NCBI GenBank assembly: GCA_036499185.1
Contig: DASYEF010000180.1
Location: 1-37,211, forward strand
Length of the DNA: 37,211 bases
Direction: 5' to 3'
DNA from: Actinomycetes bacterium
Lineage (GTDB): Bacteria; Actinomycetota; Actinomycetes; JACCUZ01
Of the stretch, positions 26,230 through 32,802 are shown piece by piece. Position 1 is the stretch's first letter. Every line of letters starts with the position of its first letter. Under the pieces are notes generated by a model. It did not search any database. It was given only the letters and a program-made list of their open reading frames with translations, and was not told the origin of the DNA. The position numbers and the translations under genes were made by a program.

Positions 26230-26379
26230 GACGACCTCAGCCGCCGCTTTCCGGGTCCCTCGCCGCTCGGCGTGCGGTCAGCTCGAGGGCGGCTTGGAAT
26301 GGGAGGGGGCCGGGTCGGTTCGCGACTGAGCGTCCGTTCGGGGTCCGCTGTCAGGTGGGGTGTCGTCGAGTCGCCGGCC

Positions 26380-26459
26380 CCAGCACAACGGCACACAAAG
26401 GGGCTGGTTCTAGTGGCCAGTCGGGCGCCACGGGCCGACTTCGTGTGCCGTTGTGCTGG
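26380..26459. repeat. 80-nt inverted repeat with a 21-bp stem (20/21 paired) around a 38-nt branched loop; candidate structured RNA or protein-binding palindrome
   Basis: Left arm CCAGCACAACGGCACACAAAG (26380-26400) against right arm CTTCGTGTGCCGTTGTGCTGG (26439-26459). The loop can form CTGG/CCAG and TCGG/CCGA mini-helices. Confidence 0.6.
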
Positions 26460-26493
26460 TGAGCAGCCACTGATGTCGGTCAGGCCGGCGACG

Positions 26494-26570
26494 GGACCTA
26501 CCAACACACAGTCCACCCGCTTTCGGCCGTGAAACCTGTCCTCGGAGCCGACACTGTGTGTTCTCGGTCC
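26494..26570. repeat. second interrupted inverted repeat (GGACC..AACACACAGT / ACTGTGTGTT..GGTCC)
   Basis: A 10-bp stem (26503-26512 with 26553-26562) plus an outer 5-bp helix (26494-26498 with 26566-26570). An inner TCGGC/GCCGA helix is also possible. Confidence 0.45.
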
Positions 26571-26578
26571 GAGCAGCG

Positions 26579-26726
26579 CCCGAAACGGCGGGTCAGACGC
26601 GAACGAGGCCCGGCACCCTCCCTCATCCAGGCGCTCTTGATCTGACCGCTGGCCCGAACGGCGGTTCAGTCGCGATCGGCCGCCGGCCGCGCTCTCTCAT
26701 CCCGGCGCTCTTGACCTGGCCGCCAC
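26579..26726. repeat. imperfect ~74-nt tandem direct repeat; the second unit contains the stop codon and last ~20 codons of the amidohydrolase gene
   Basis: Block a: CCCGAAACGGCGGGTCAGACGCGA (from 26579) vs CCCGAACGGCGGTTCAGTCGCGA (from 26653). Block b: CTCCCTCATCCAGGCGCTCTTGATCTGACCGC vs CTCTCTCATCCCGGCGCTCTTGACCTGGCCGC, with 4 mismatches. Confidence 0.7.
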
Positions 26727-27649
26727 CGGGGCGGCAGCCCCAGCAGCCGCGCCCCGTTGGCCCAGAGCACCGCCCGCAACCAGTCGTCGTCCAGGCCGGT
26801 GCGGCGCAGGGCCTCGAGCTGGTGGCCGTACCGGTAGGGGATGTTCGGGAAGTCGGTGCCCAGCACCACCCGGTCCCGCACCGCGTCCAGCCGGGCGGCC
26901 AGCGATCTCGCCAACCGGGTCTGGACGGCCGGCCCGCCCCAGAAGTCGACGAACGCCATCGTGGTGTCGACATGGACGTTCGGGTACCTCTCGACGAGGT
27001 CGAGGAACGCGTCGTACTCCGGCATCCCGAGGTGCGCGACCACTGCGGTCAGCGCGGGGTGCCTGGCCAGCACCTCGCCGAACGGTCCGGGTCCGGTGAA
27101 CGGGCCGGGCATCGGACCGCTGCCGGTGTGCACCACGACAGGGACACCCGCGTCGGCGAGCAACCCCCACGGCGCGTCGAGTGCCGGGTCCCGTGGGTCG
27201 AAGGCGCCGACCTGGACGTGCAGCTTGACGATGCGGGCGCCCTCGCGCAGTGCTCGGTCGACGTAGGCCGTCACACCGGGTTCCGGGAAGAACGTCATGC
27301 TCGGTACGACGTCGTCGTGCCCGGCCCGACGTTGGTCGCGGGCGAAGTCGCGGCACCAGTCGTTGAGCGACTCGGCCATCCCGGCCTTGTGCGCGTAGAG
27401 CAGGGTGGGGAACGCGCGCACTCCCATCACCCGCAGGTGCTGAAGCCGTCGCTGCTGCGTCCACCGGTAGGTGATCGGCCACTCGAGCCCCTCCCGCGGG
27501 CCGACCCCGTCGAAGTAGGCCCAGACCCGGTCCAGCAGCCGTTGCGGCATGACATGCACGTGGCAGTCCACGAGACCCGGCAACCCGAGCCCCTTCCAGT
27601 ACGCCGGGACGTCGGCGTCCGGACCGAGGGCCGGCGGCGGGTCGATCAC
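26666..27649 (-). CDS. metal-dependent amidohydrolase (amidohydrolase_2 / TIM-barrel hydrolase family)
   Basis: LVDCHVHVMPQ metal-binding HxH motif, plus later His and Asp blocks (VVAHLGMP, VLGTDFP). GTG 27649-27647 overlaps the TGA of the upstream antiporter gene. The listed ATG at 27673 is an alternative start. Confidence 0.8.
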   Translation of the reverse strand: MIDPPPALGPDADVPAYWKGLGLPGLVDCHVHVMPQRLLDRVWAYFDGVGPREGLEWPITYRWTQQRRLQHLRVMGVRAFPTLLYAHKAGMAESLNDWCRDFARDQRRAGHDDVVPSMTFFPEPGVTAYVDRALREGARIVKLHVQVGAFDPRDPALDAPWGLLADAGVPVVVHTGSGPMPGPFTGPGPFGEVLARHPALTAVVAHLGMPEYDAFLDLVERYPNVHVDTTMAFVDFWGGPAVQTRLARSLAARLDAVRDRVVLGTDFPNIPYRYGHQLEALRRTGLDDDWLRAVLWANGARLLGLPPRWRPGQERRDERARPAADRD

Positions 27650-29514
27650 CCGAGCCGCTCGTCGACGTAGCACCAGCGCCAGGCCTCACCCGGCTCGAAG
27701 CTGCGCATCACCGGGTGGTCGGTCTCCTGGAAGTGCTTGTCGGCGTGGCGTTGCGGGGAGGAGTCGCAGCAGCCGACGTGTCCACAGGTCAGGCACAGCC
27801 GCAGGTGCACCCAGCGGGTGCCGTCGCGGAGACACTCCTCGCACCCTTCCGGCGTGACGGGCGGGACCGACAGCGCTGCGGCATCCAGGTGCTCGCACGC
27901 CCAGACGCGCTCGACCCGGGTGACCAGCTCGCGCTGGACGGTCGTCGTCTGCTCGTGCAGCCCGTCCAGCAGCGACTCCTCCACGTCGAGCTGGGCGAGC
28001 ACCTCGCGGAGCACGTCGTCGTCGTACTTGCCGGAGTCCCGCGCGTGCAGCACGGTCTCCCGCTCCGCGTGCAGCATCTCCTGACGCAGGCGCCGGTAGG
28101 TCTCGCTCGGGGTCTCGTCCTCGCTCGGGGCACCGAGCCGCTCCCAGGCAGCGTCGGCCCGGGTCCGGGTGCGCTCCTCCAGCCGAGCGATGACGCTGGG
28201 ATCGTCGCCCTCGCGCTGGAGCTCGGCCAGCCGGGCCAGTCCGGCCCGGCCCGCCTTGGACAGCAGGCCGGCCTGTTCGAGGGCGTCCTCGGCGGGGTCG
28301 GGGCCAGGCAGGTCGAGCCGGCGGACCAGCCACGGCAGCGTCGTCCCGTTGATCAGCAGGGTGCCACCGACCACGGCGAGCGCAGCCAGGATCAGCACGT
28401 CGCGATGTGGCGTCTCGTCCGGGAGGGCCAGGGCCGCGGCGAGCGTGACGACGCCGCGCATTCCCGCCCAGGACACCAAGGTCGCCTCGCTCCAGCCCCA
28501 CGACCGTTGGCGCATCCTGGCCGAGCCGTAGCGGTAGAGCGCGGTCGCCGCGAAGACCCAGAGGACTCGGGTCAGGAGCGTGCCGACGAGGACGGCGACG
28601 CAGATCCACACCAGTCGGGTCCCGCCCATGTCGTCCGCGTTGGCGTTGCGCACGACCTGGGACACCTGCAGGCCGATCAGCAGGAAGACGGTGTTCTCGA
28701 GGAGGAACGTGATGGTCTGCCAGTTGGTCTGCTCGGCGAGCCGTGACGATGCCGACTGCAACGCGGGTGCCTTGTGCCCGAGCAGCAGACCCACGATCAC
28801 GACCGCGAGCACCCCGCTCGCGTTGATGGCCTCGGCCGCGAGGTAGGCGAGGAACGGCGCGACGAGGGACAGGGTTGTGTCGAGCACCACGTCGTCGACC
28901 CGACGCCTGGCCTTGGCCAGCAGGAAGGACATGACCAGCCCGACGACGATGCCGCCGCCGGCCGCCAGGACGAAGTCCAGCCCCACCGTCCAGATGGACA
29001 CGGTGGTCGCGATCGCGGCGGCACTGGTGCGCAGCGCGACGAGGGCCGTCGCGTCGTTGAGCAGGCTCTCGCCCTCGAGGATCGACACGATCCGCCGCGG
29101 CATGTTGACCCGCCGCGCGATGGTCGTCGCCGCCACCGCGTCCGGTGGTGACACGACCGCGCCGAGCGCCAGGGCAGCCGCGATCCCGACACCGGGGATG
29201 ACGTTCCAGGCGACCAGCCCGACACCCAGGGTGGTGAACACGACGGCGCCGATCGCCAGGATGCCGATCGCCTCGCGGTTCTGCCGGATGTCGACCAGCG
29301 AGGTCCGGATGGCCGCCGCGTACAGCAGGGGCGGCAGGAAGCCGATGAGGACCACTTCCGGCGACACCTGGTAGTCCGGCACGCCCGGCACGAACGAGGC
29401 GAGCAGCCCAACCACCGTCAGGACCAGCGGCGCGGAGAGGCCCAGGCGGCGTGCCGAGGCGGCCACCACCGCGACGGCGACGACCAGCCCGAGGATCTGC
29501 AGCGCTTGGGTCAC
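27646..29514 (-). CDS. CPA1-family Na+/H+ (cation/proton) antiporter with a cytoplasmic tail ending in a UBP-type zinc finger (zf-UBP)
   Basis: The N-terminal ~400 aa are polytopic (Na_H_Exchanger-like; ILEGESLLNDATALV, WAGMRGVVTLAAAL). The last ~84 aa (nt 27646-27900) read CEHL...CEECL...WVHLRLCLTCGHVGCCDSSPQRHADKHF..TDHPV...WRWCYVD, the Cys/His pattern of zf-UBP. Confidence 0.85.
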   Translation of the reverse strand: MTQALQILGLVVAVAVVAASARRLGLSAPLVLTVVGLLASFVPGVPDYQVSPEVVLIGFLPPLLYAAAIRTSLVDIRQNREAIGILAIGAVVFTTLGVGLVAWNVIPGVGIAAALALGAVVSPPDAVAATTIARRVNMPRRIVSILEGESLLNDATALVALRTSAAAIATTVSIWTVGLDFVLAAGGGIVVGLVMSFLLAKARRRVDDVVLDTTLSLVAPFLAYLAAEAINASGVLAVVIVGLLLGHKAPALQSASSRLAEQTNWQTITFLLENTVFLLIGLQVSQVVRNANADDMGGTRLVWICVAVLVGTLLTRVLWVFAATALYRYGSARMRQRSWGWSEATLVSWAGMRGVVTLAAALALPDETPHRDVLILAALAVVGGTLLINGTTLPWLVRRLDLPGPDPAEDALEQAGLLSKAGRAGLARLAELQREGDDPSVIARLEERTRTRADAAWERLGAPSEDETPSETYRRLRQEMLHAERETVLHARDSGKYDDDVLREVLAQLDVEESLLDGLHEQTTTVQRELVTRVERVWACEHLDAAALSVPPVTPEGCEECLRDGTRWVHLRLCLTCGHVGCCDSSPQRHADKHFQETDHPVMRSFEPGEAWRWCYVDERLG

Positions 29515-29554
29515 GGCTCAGCACAGCACCCTGGCGCAGGCCCGGATTCCCGCG

Positions 29555-30493
29555 TCAGGCCGACTTGCGGGCGGCGGTCTTCTTGCTGGTCGCCTTCTTC
29601 GCGGTCTTGCCGGCGGACTTCTTCGCTGCTGGCTTGGCGGTCTTCTTGGCTGCGCTCTTCGCGCTGGCTGCCTTGGTGGCGGGCGCCTTCTCGGCCTTCT
29701 CGCCGGCCGACTCGCCGCGGCGGGCCTTGGCCTCGGCGACGCTGCGACGCAGGGCGTCCATCAGGTCGACGACCTGTCCGCTGGACTCCGGCTCCTCGGC
29801 GACGGCGACCACCTCTCGACCGGCGACCTTGGCCTCGATGACCTCCTCGAGCGCCCCGCGGTACTCGTCGGAGAACTCCTCCGGCTCGAAGTCGCCCGAG
29901 AGCGCGTTGATGTACGACTCGGCCATCGCCAGCTCCTGGTCACGCACCTTCACGTCGTCGTCGGAGAAGTCAAGCTTCGGTTCCCGGACCTCGTCCGGCC
30001 ACAAGAGCGTCTGCAGAACGAGCACCCCCTCGCGGGCTCGGAGCATGGCAAGCCGCTCGCGCTGGCGCAGGGCCACCTTGACCACGGCGACCCGGTCGGA
30101 CTTCTCCAGCGAGTCGCGAAGGAGCACGTAGGGCTTCACGTCGCCGGTGGGGTCGCAGTAGTACGGCTTGCTCATCTGCACGGCGTCGATCTGGGCAGCC
30201 GGGACGAAGCTGAGCACCTCGACCGAGCGGGAGGACGAGATCGGCAGGTTGGCGAAGTCGTCGTCGTCGAGGATGACCATCTCGCCGTCGGGCAGCTCGT
30301 AGCCCTTGGCGATGTCGGCGTAGGGCACCTCTTCGCCGTCGACGGAGCAGACCCGCTTGTAGCGGATCCGGCCCCCGTCCTCGCGGTGCACCTGCCGGAA
30401 GGAGATGTCCTTCTCCTCGGTGGCGCTGAACAGACGGACCGGGATCGACACCAGCCCGAAGGAGATGGAGCCCTTCCAGACGCTCTGCGGCAT
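29555..30493 (-). CDS. ku: Ku protein (non-homologous end joining) with a Lys/Ala-rich C-terminal tail
   Basis: ATG 30493 gives MPQSVWKGSISFGLVSIPVRLFSATEEKDISFRQVH, the canonical bacterial Ku N-terminus. The tail AKSAAKKTAKPAAKKSAGKTAKKATSKK is histone-like. Confidence 0.9.
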   Translation of the reverse strand: MPQSVWKGSISFGLVSIPVRLFSATEEKDISFRQVHREDGGRIRYKRVCSVDGEEVPYADIAKGYELPDGEMVILDDDDFANLPISSSRSVEVLSFVPAAQIDAVQMSKPYYCDPTGDVKPYVLLRDSLEKSDRVAVVKVALRQRERLAMLRAREGVLVLQTLLWPDEVREPKLDFSDDDVKVRDQELAMAESYINALSGDFEPEEFSDEYRGALEEVIEAKVAGREVVAVAEEPESSGQVVDLMDALRRSVAEAKARRGESAGEKAEKAPATKAASAKSAAKKTAKPAAKKSAGKTAKKATSKKTAARKSA

Positions 30494-30656
30494 CCCGCCA
30501 TGATCGCTGCAATCGCGCCCCGCCGCCACCAGGGGGCGAGGAAACGCGCTGGTGGGGGCGCTGCCAGGGTCAGTGGAGCGGGCCGAAACGACGACACGCA
30601 CCCACTTCTCCCGGGTTGTGTCCAGGCGTCGTGGCACCGTCGGTGCTGTGAGACCG

Positions 30657-30866
30657 ATGCGAACGACGATCGCCGCGGCCGAGGTCGTGCTCCGCTGGTG
30701 CGCCACCTGCCTCGAGGAGACCATGTTCGAGCAGCCCGACTGCTCGGACCACGCCCGCGGGCAGTGCCCGGAGTGGGTCTGCGTCGCCTGCGGCGAAGCC
30801 CTGCTGCTGGGGTTCGCCCCGCCCCGCGCGCGAGTGGTACGCCGCCGCCGTACGCCGGCTGCCTGA
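30657..30866 (+). CDS. hypothetical small Cys-rich (zinc-ribbon-like) protein, 69 aa
   Basis: ATG 30657. CATC...C...C...CVAC gives a CxxC-x10-C-x7-C-x4-CxxC pattern. Third-position GC is high. It is divergent from ku. Confidence 0.5.
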   Translation: MRTTIAAAEVVLRWCATCLEETMFEQPDCSDHARGQCPEWVCVACGEALLLGFAPPRARVVRRRRTPAA

Positions 30867-30870
30867 GCAG

Positions 30871-31275
30871 TCAGCTCGGCGGTGTGAGCCCGGCCGGCTC
30901 CCGGTCGCCCGACCAGCACCGGACGATGTCACGAACGGAGAGGATCCCGGCGACCTCGCCGCCGTCGAGCACCACCAGGTGGCGGAACCCGCCACGGAGC
31001 ATCGCCTCGGACGCCTGCTCCAGCGTCCAGGTCGGGGCCGCGTAGACCAGGTCGACCGTGACGTGGTCGCGGACGTGTTCGGCGTCCGGGTCCTGCCCGC
31101 TGCCGACGGACGTGAGGACGTCGCGCTCGGTGATGATGCCGATGCCCTCGCCGTCCATGTCGTGGACCACGGCCGCACCGACCCGCCGGGCGGCCATCGC
31201 CCGGCTGGCCTCGCGCAGCGTGTGGTCCGGTCCGATCGTGAGCACCGCGGCGCTCATGCCGTCGCGCACCTGCAT
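30871..31275 (-). CDS. CBS-domain pair protein
   Basis: Two CBS-like units (RRVGAAVVHD..GIGIITERDV and GGFRHLVVLDGGEVAGILSVRDIV). A GAGGAGG Shine-Dalgarno precedes ATG 31275. Confidence 0.85.
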   Translation of the reverse strand: MQVRDGMSAAVLTIGPDHTLREASRAMAARRVGAAVVHDMDGEGIGIITERDVLTSVGSGQDPDAEHVRDHVTVDLVYAAPTWTLEQASEAMLRGGFRHLVVLDGGEVAGILSVRDIVRCWSGDREPAGLTPPS

Positions 31276-31382
31276 GGTCGGCCTCCTCAGAGGGCTGGAC
31301 CTCCGACTCCGGGCTCCATCCTGGTCTCGCGGGCCTCGCGTGGGAAGGGATGCGCCCGGCGCGCCGTCTAGTCTCGGACCTG

Positions 31383-32207
31383 ATGGCGACGGAAACGACG
31401 GCCCATATGACGGCCCGGACGGCGGCCCCGGCGCCGGCGGCCCGCACCCTCGTCGCGACCCGTTGGCTGGATCCTGCGGTCCCGGCCACGCTGGTCTGGC
31501 TCCCCCTCGTCCTCGTCGCCGACCGCGGTGCCGACATCTGGGTCCAGCGCGGCCTCGGCCTGCTCACCTGGCTGCTCCTGCTGACCCTGCTGCGGCGTGA
31601 GGCGCCGCTGGTCCGGGCCCAGGTCGCCGTGGTCGTCGCCTTCGCGACCGCCGTCGAGTACACCTTCTCGCCCCTGCTGCACGTCTACGTCTACCGGCTG
31701 GGCAACGTCCCGGCCTTCGTGCCTCCGGGCCATGGGCTGGTCTACCTGTGCGCGCTGGCGATCGGCCGGTCGCTCTGGGTCCGCCGCCGCGAGCAGGCCT
31801 TGGTGACCCTCACCGTCCTGGCCGGCGGCGCCTACGCGACCTGGGGGCTGCTCGTCTCGGACCGGCCCGACGTCCTCGGCGTCTTCTGGTACCTCTGCCT
31901 GGTCGGCTTCCTCGCCGTCGGCGGCCTCGCCGGGCGGTCCCGGACGCTCTACGTCGGCGCCTTCGTCGTGGTCACCTACCTCGAGCTGCTCGGGACCCGG
32001 CTGGGCAGCTGGGCGTGGGCGACCCACGACCCCACCGGGCTGGTCAGCATCGGCAACCCGCCCTCCGGTGCCGCGGGTGGCTACGGCTGGTTCGACCTCG
32101 CCGCGGTGCTCGCGGGACCGGTCGTGCTCGGCGTCGTCGGGCGGCTGCGGGGTGGGCCGGTCCGGTCGGTAGACCGCGGAGGCCCCGCGGTCGGGGACAG
32201 CCGCTAA
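31383..32207 (+). CDS. hypothetical polytopic membrane protein
   Basis: About 6-7 hydrophobic segments and high third-position GC. Start is uncertain (listed 31350, ATG 31383 preferred). No family recognised. Confidence 0.55.
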   Translation: MATETTAHMTARTAAPAPAARTLVATRWLDPAVPATLVWLPLVLVADRGADIWVQRGLGLLTWLLLLTLLRREAPLVRAQVAVVVAFATAVEYTFSPLLHVYVYRLGNVPAFVPPGHGLVYLCALAIGRSLWVRRREQALVTLTVLAGGAYATWGLLVSDRPDVLGVFWYLCLVGFLAVGGLAGRSRTLYVGAFVVVTYLELLGTRLGSWAWATHDPTGLVSIGNPPSGAAGGYGWFDLAAVLAGPVVLGVVGRLRGGPVRSVDRGGPAVGDSR

Positions 32208-32222
32208 CTCCCCAATAAACGT

Positions 32223-32252
32223 TTGACAGTCACCGGCTGACCGGGGCAGACT
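32223..32252 (+). promoter_or_regulatory. candidate promoter for the ArsR-MFS operon, possibly giving a leaderless mRNA
   Basis: Consensus -35 TTGACA at 32223-32228. CAGACT follows at 32247-32252 after an 18-nt spacer and ends 7 nt before ATG 32260, which has no Shine-Dalgarno. The local sequence is A/T-rich with palindrome AAACGTTT (32218-32225) and a direct repeat ACTCCCCAA (32207-32215 and 32250-32258). Confidence 0.3.
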
Positions 32253-32259
32253 CCCCAAC

Positions 32260-32802
32260 ATGTCTTCGGGAGTCGCTGACCGCGACCGCGTGGTGTCCCT
32301 GCGCTCGCTGGCGCACCCGGTGCGGCTACGGATGCTCTCGCTGCTCACCGGCGCCCCGATGTCGGCCGCCGAGGTGGCCCGGGAGCTGGGGCTGACCCAT
32401 GCCAACGCGAGCTACCACCTGCGCCAGCTGCTCGCCGCCGGCCAGCTGGTCGAGGCGGGGGAGGAGTCGATCCGCGGCGGCCGGGCCAAGCGCTACCGCT
32501 ACGACGTGGACGCGCCCGGCGCGACGTCGCACGACGCGGGCGACCGCGCGACCTTCTTCCGGTTGCTGGCGTCCGAGCTGGTGCGGCGCAGCGCCGCTGT
32601 CGAGCCCACGGCCAAGCAGACCAGCACGGACGCCGAGCTCTGGGTCGACCCGGACGACTGGGCCGCTGTGCTGGATCTGGTCAACCAGGCGCTCGCCGAC
32701 CTGCACCGGCGGGCTCGACCTCCGCGTACCGCGGGAACCCTGCACGTGAGCGCGACCGTGTCGCTGTTCGCGATGTCCGACCCCGCGGAGGCACCGTCGT
32801 GA
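32260..32802 (+). CDS. ArsR-family winged-helix transcriptional regulator
   Basis: LRSLAHPVRLRMLSLL...MSAAEVARELGLTHANASYHLRQL is the ArsR/SmtB HTH signature. Confidence 0.8.
   Translation: MSSGVADRDRVVSLRSLAHPVRLRMLSLLTGAPMSAAEVARELGLTHANASYHLRQLLAAGQLVEAGEESIRGGRAKRYRYDVDAPGATSHDAGDRATFFRLLASELVRRSAAVEPTAKQTSTDAELWVDPDDWAAVLDLVNQALADLHRRARPPRTAGTLHVSATVSLFAMSDPAEAPS

Noticed and set aside
26401-26425. GGGGCTGGTTCTAGTGGCCAGTCGG superficially resembles the 5' end of tmRNA (GGGGCUGAUUCUGGAUUCGAC).
   Set aside because: No tRNA-like 3' end (T-arm plus CCA-proximal acceptor complement), no tag-peptide reading frame and no pseudoknot region follow. The segment is the loop of the 80-nt hairpin.
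26226-26532. Track ORFs 26226..26516 (-) and 26272..26532 (+) in the large intergenic region.
   Set aside because: Third-position G/C is far lower than in real genes here, and neither has a Shine-Dalgarno. Their shared AQRHTK peptide is simply the two arms of the 21-bp inverted repeat read in opposite directions.
29570-29720. Repetitive cttcttggc / cttcttcgc DNA near the 3' end of the ku gene.
   Set aside because: It is the coding sequence of the Lys/Ala-rich Ku tail (AKK-type repeats) read on the opposite strand, not a non-coding repeat or mobile-element end.
29555-31275. Considered whether ku, the Cys-rich ORF and the CBS protein form a defence or mobile module.
   Set aside because: No nuclease, ATPase, integrase, flanking repeats or compositional shift is present. 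Ku is a normal chromosomal NHEJ gene in actinobacteria, and the CBS gene is convergent and has its own Shine-Dalgarno.
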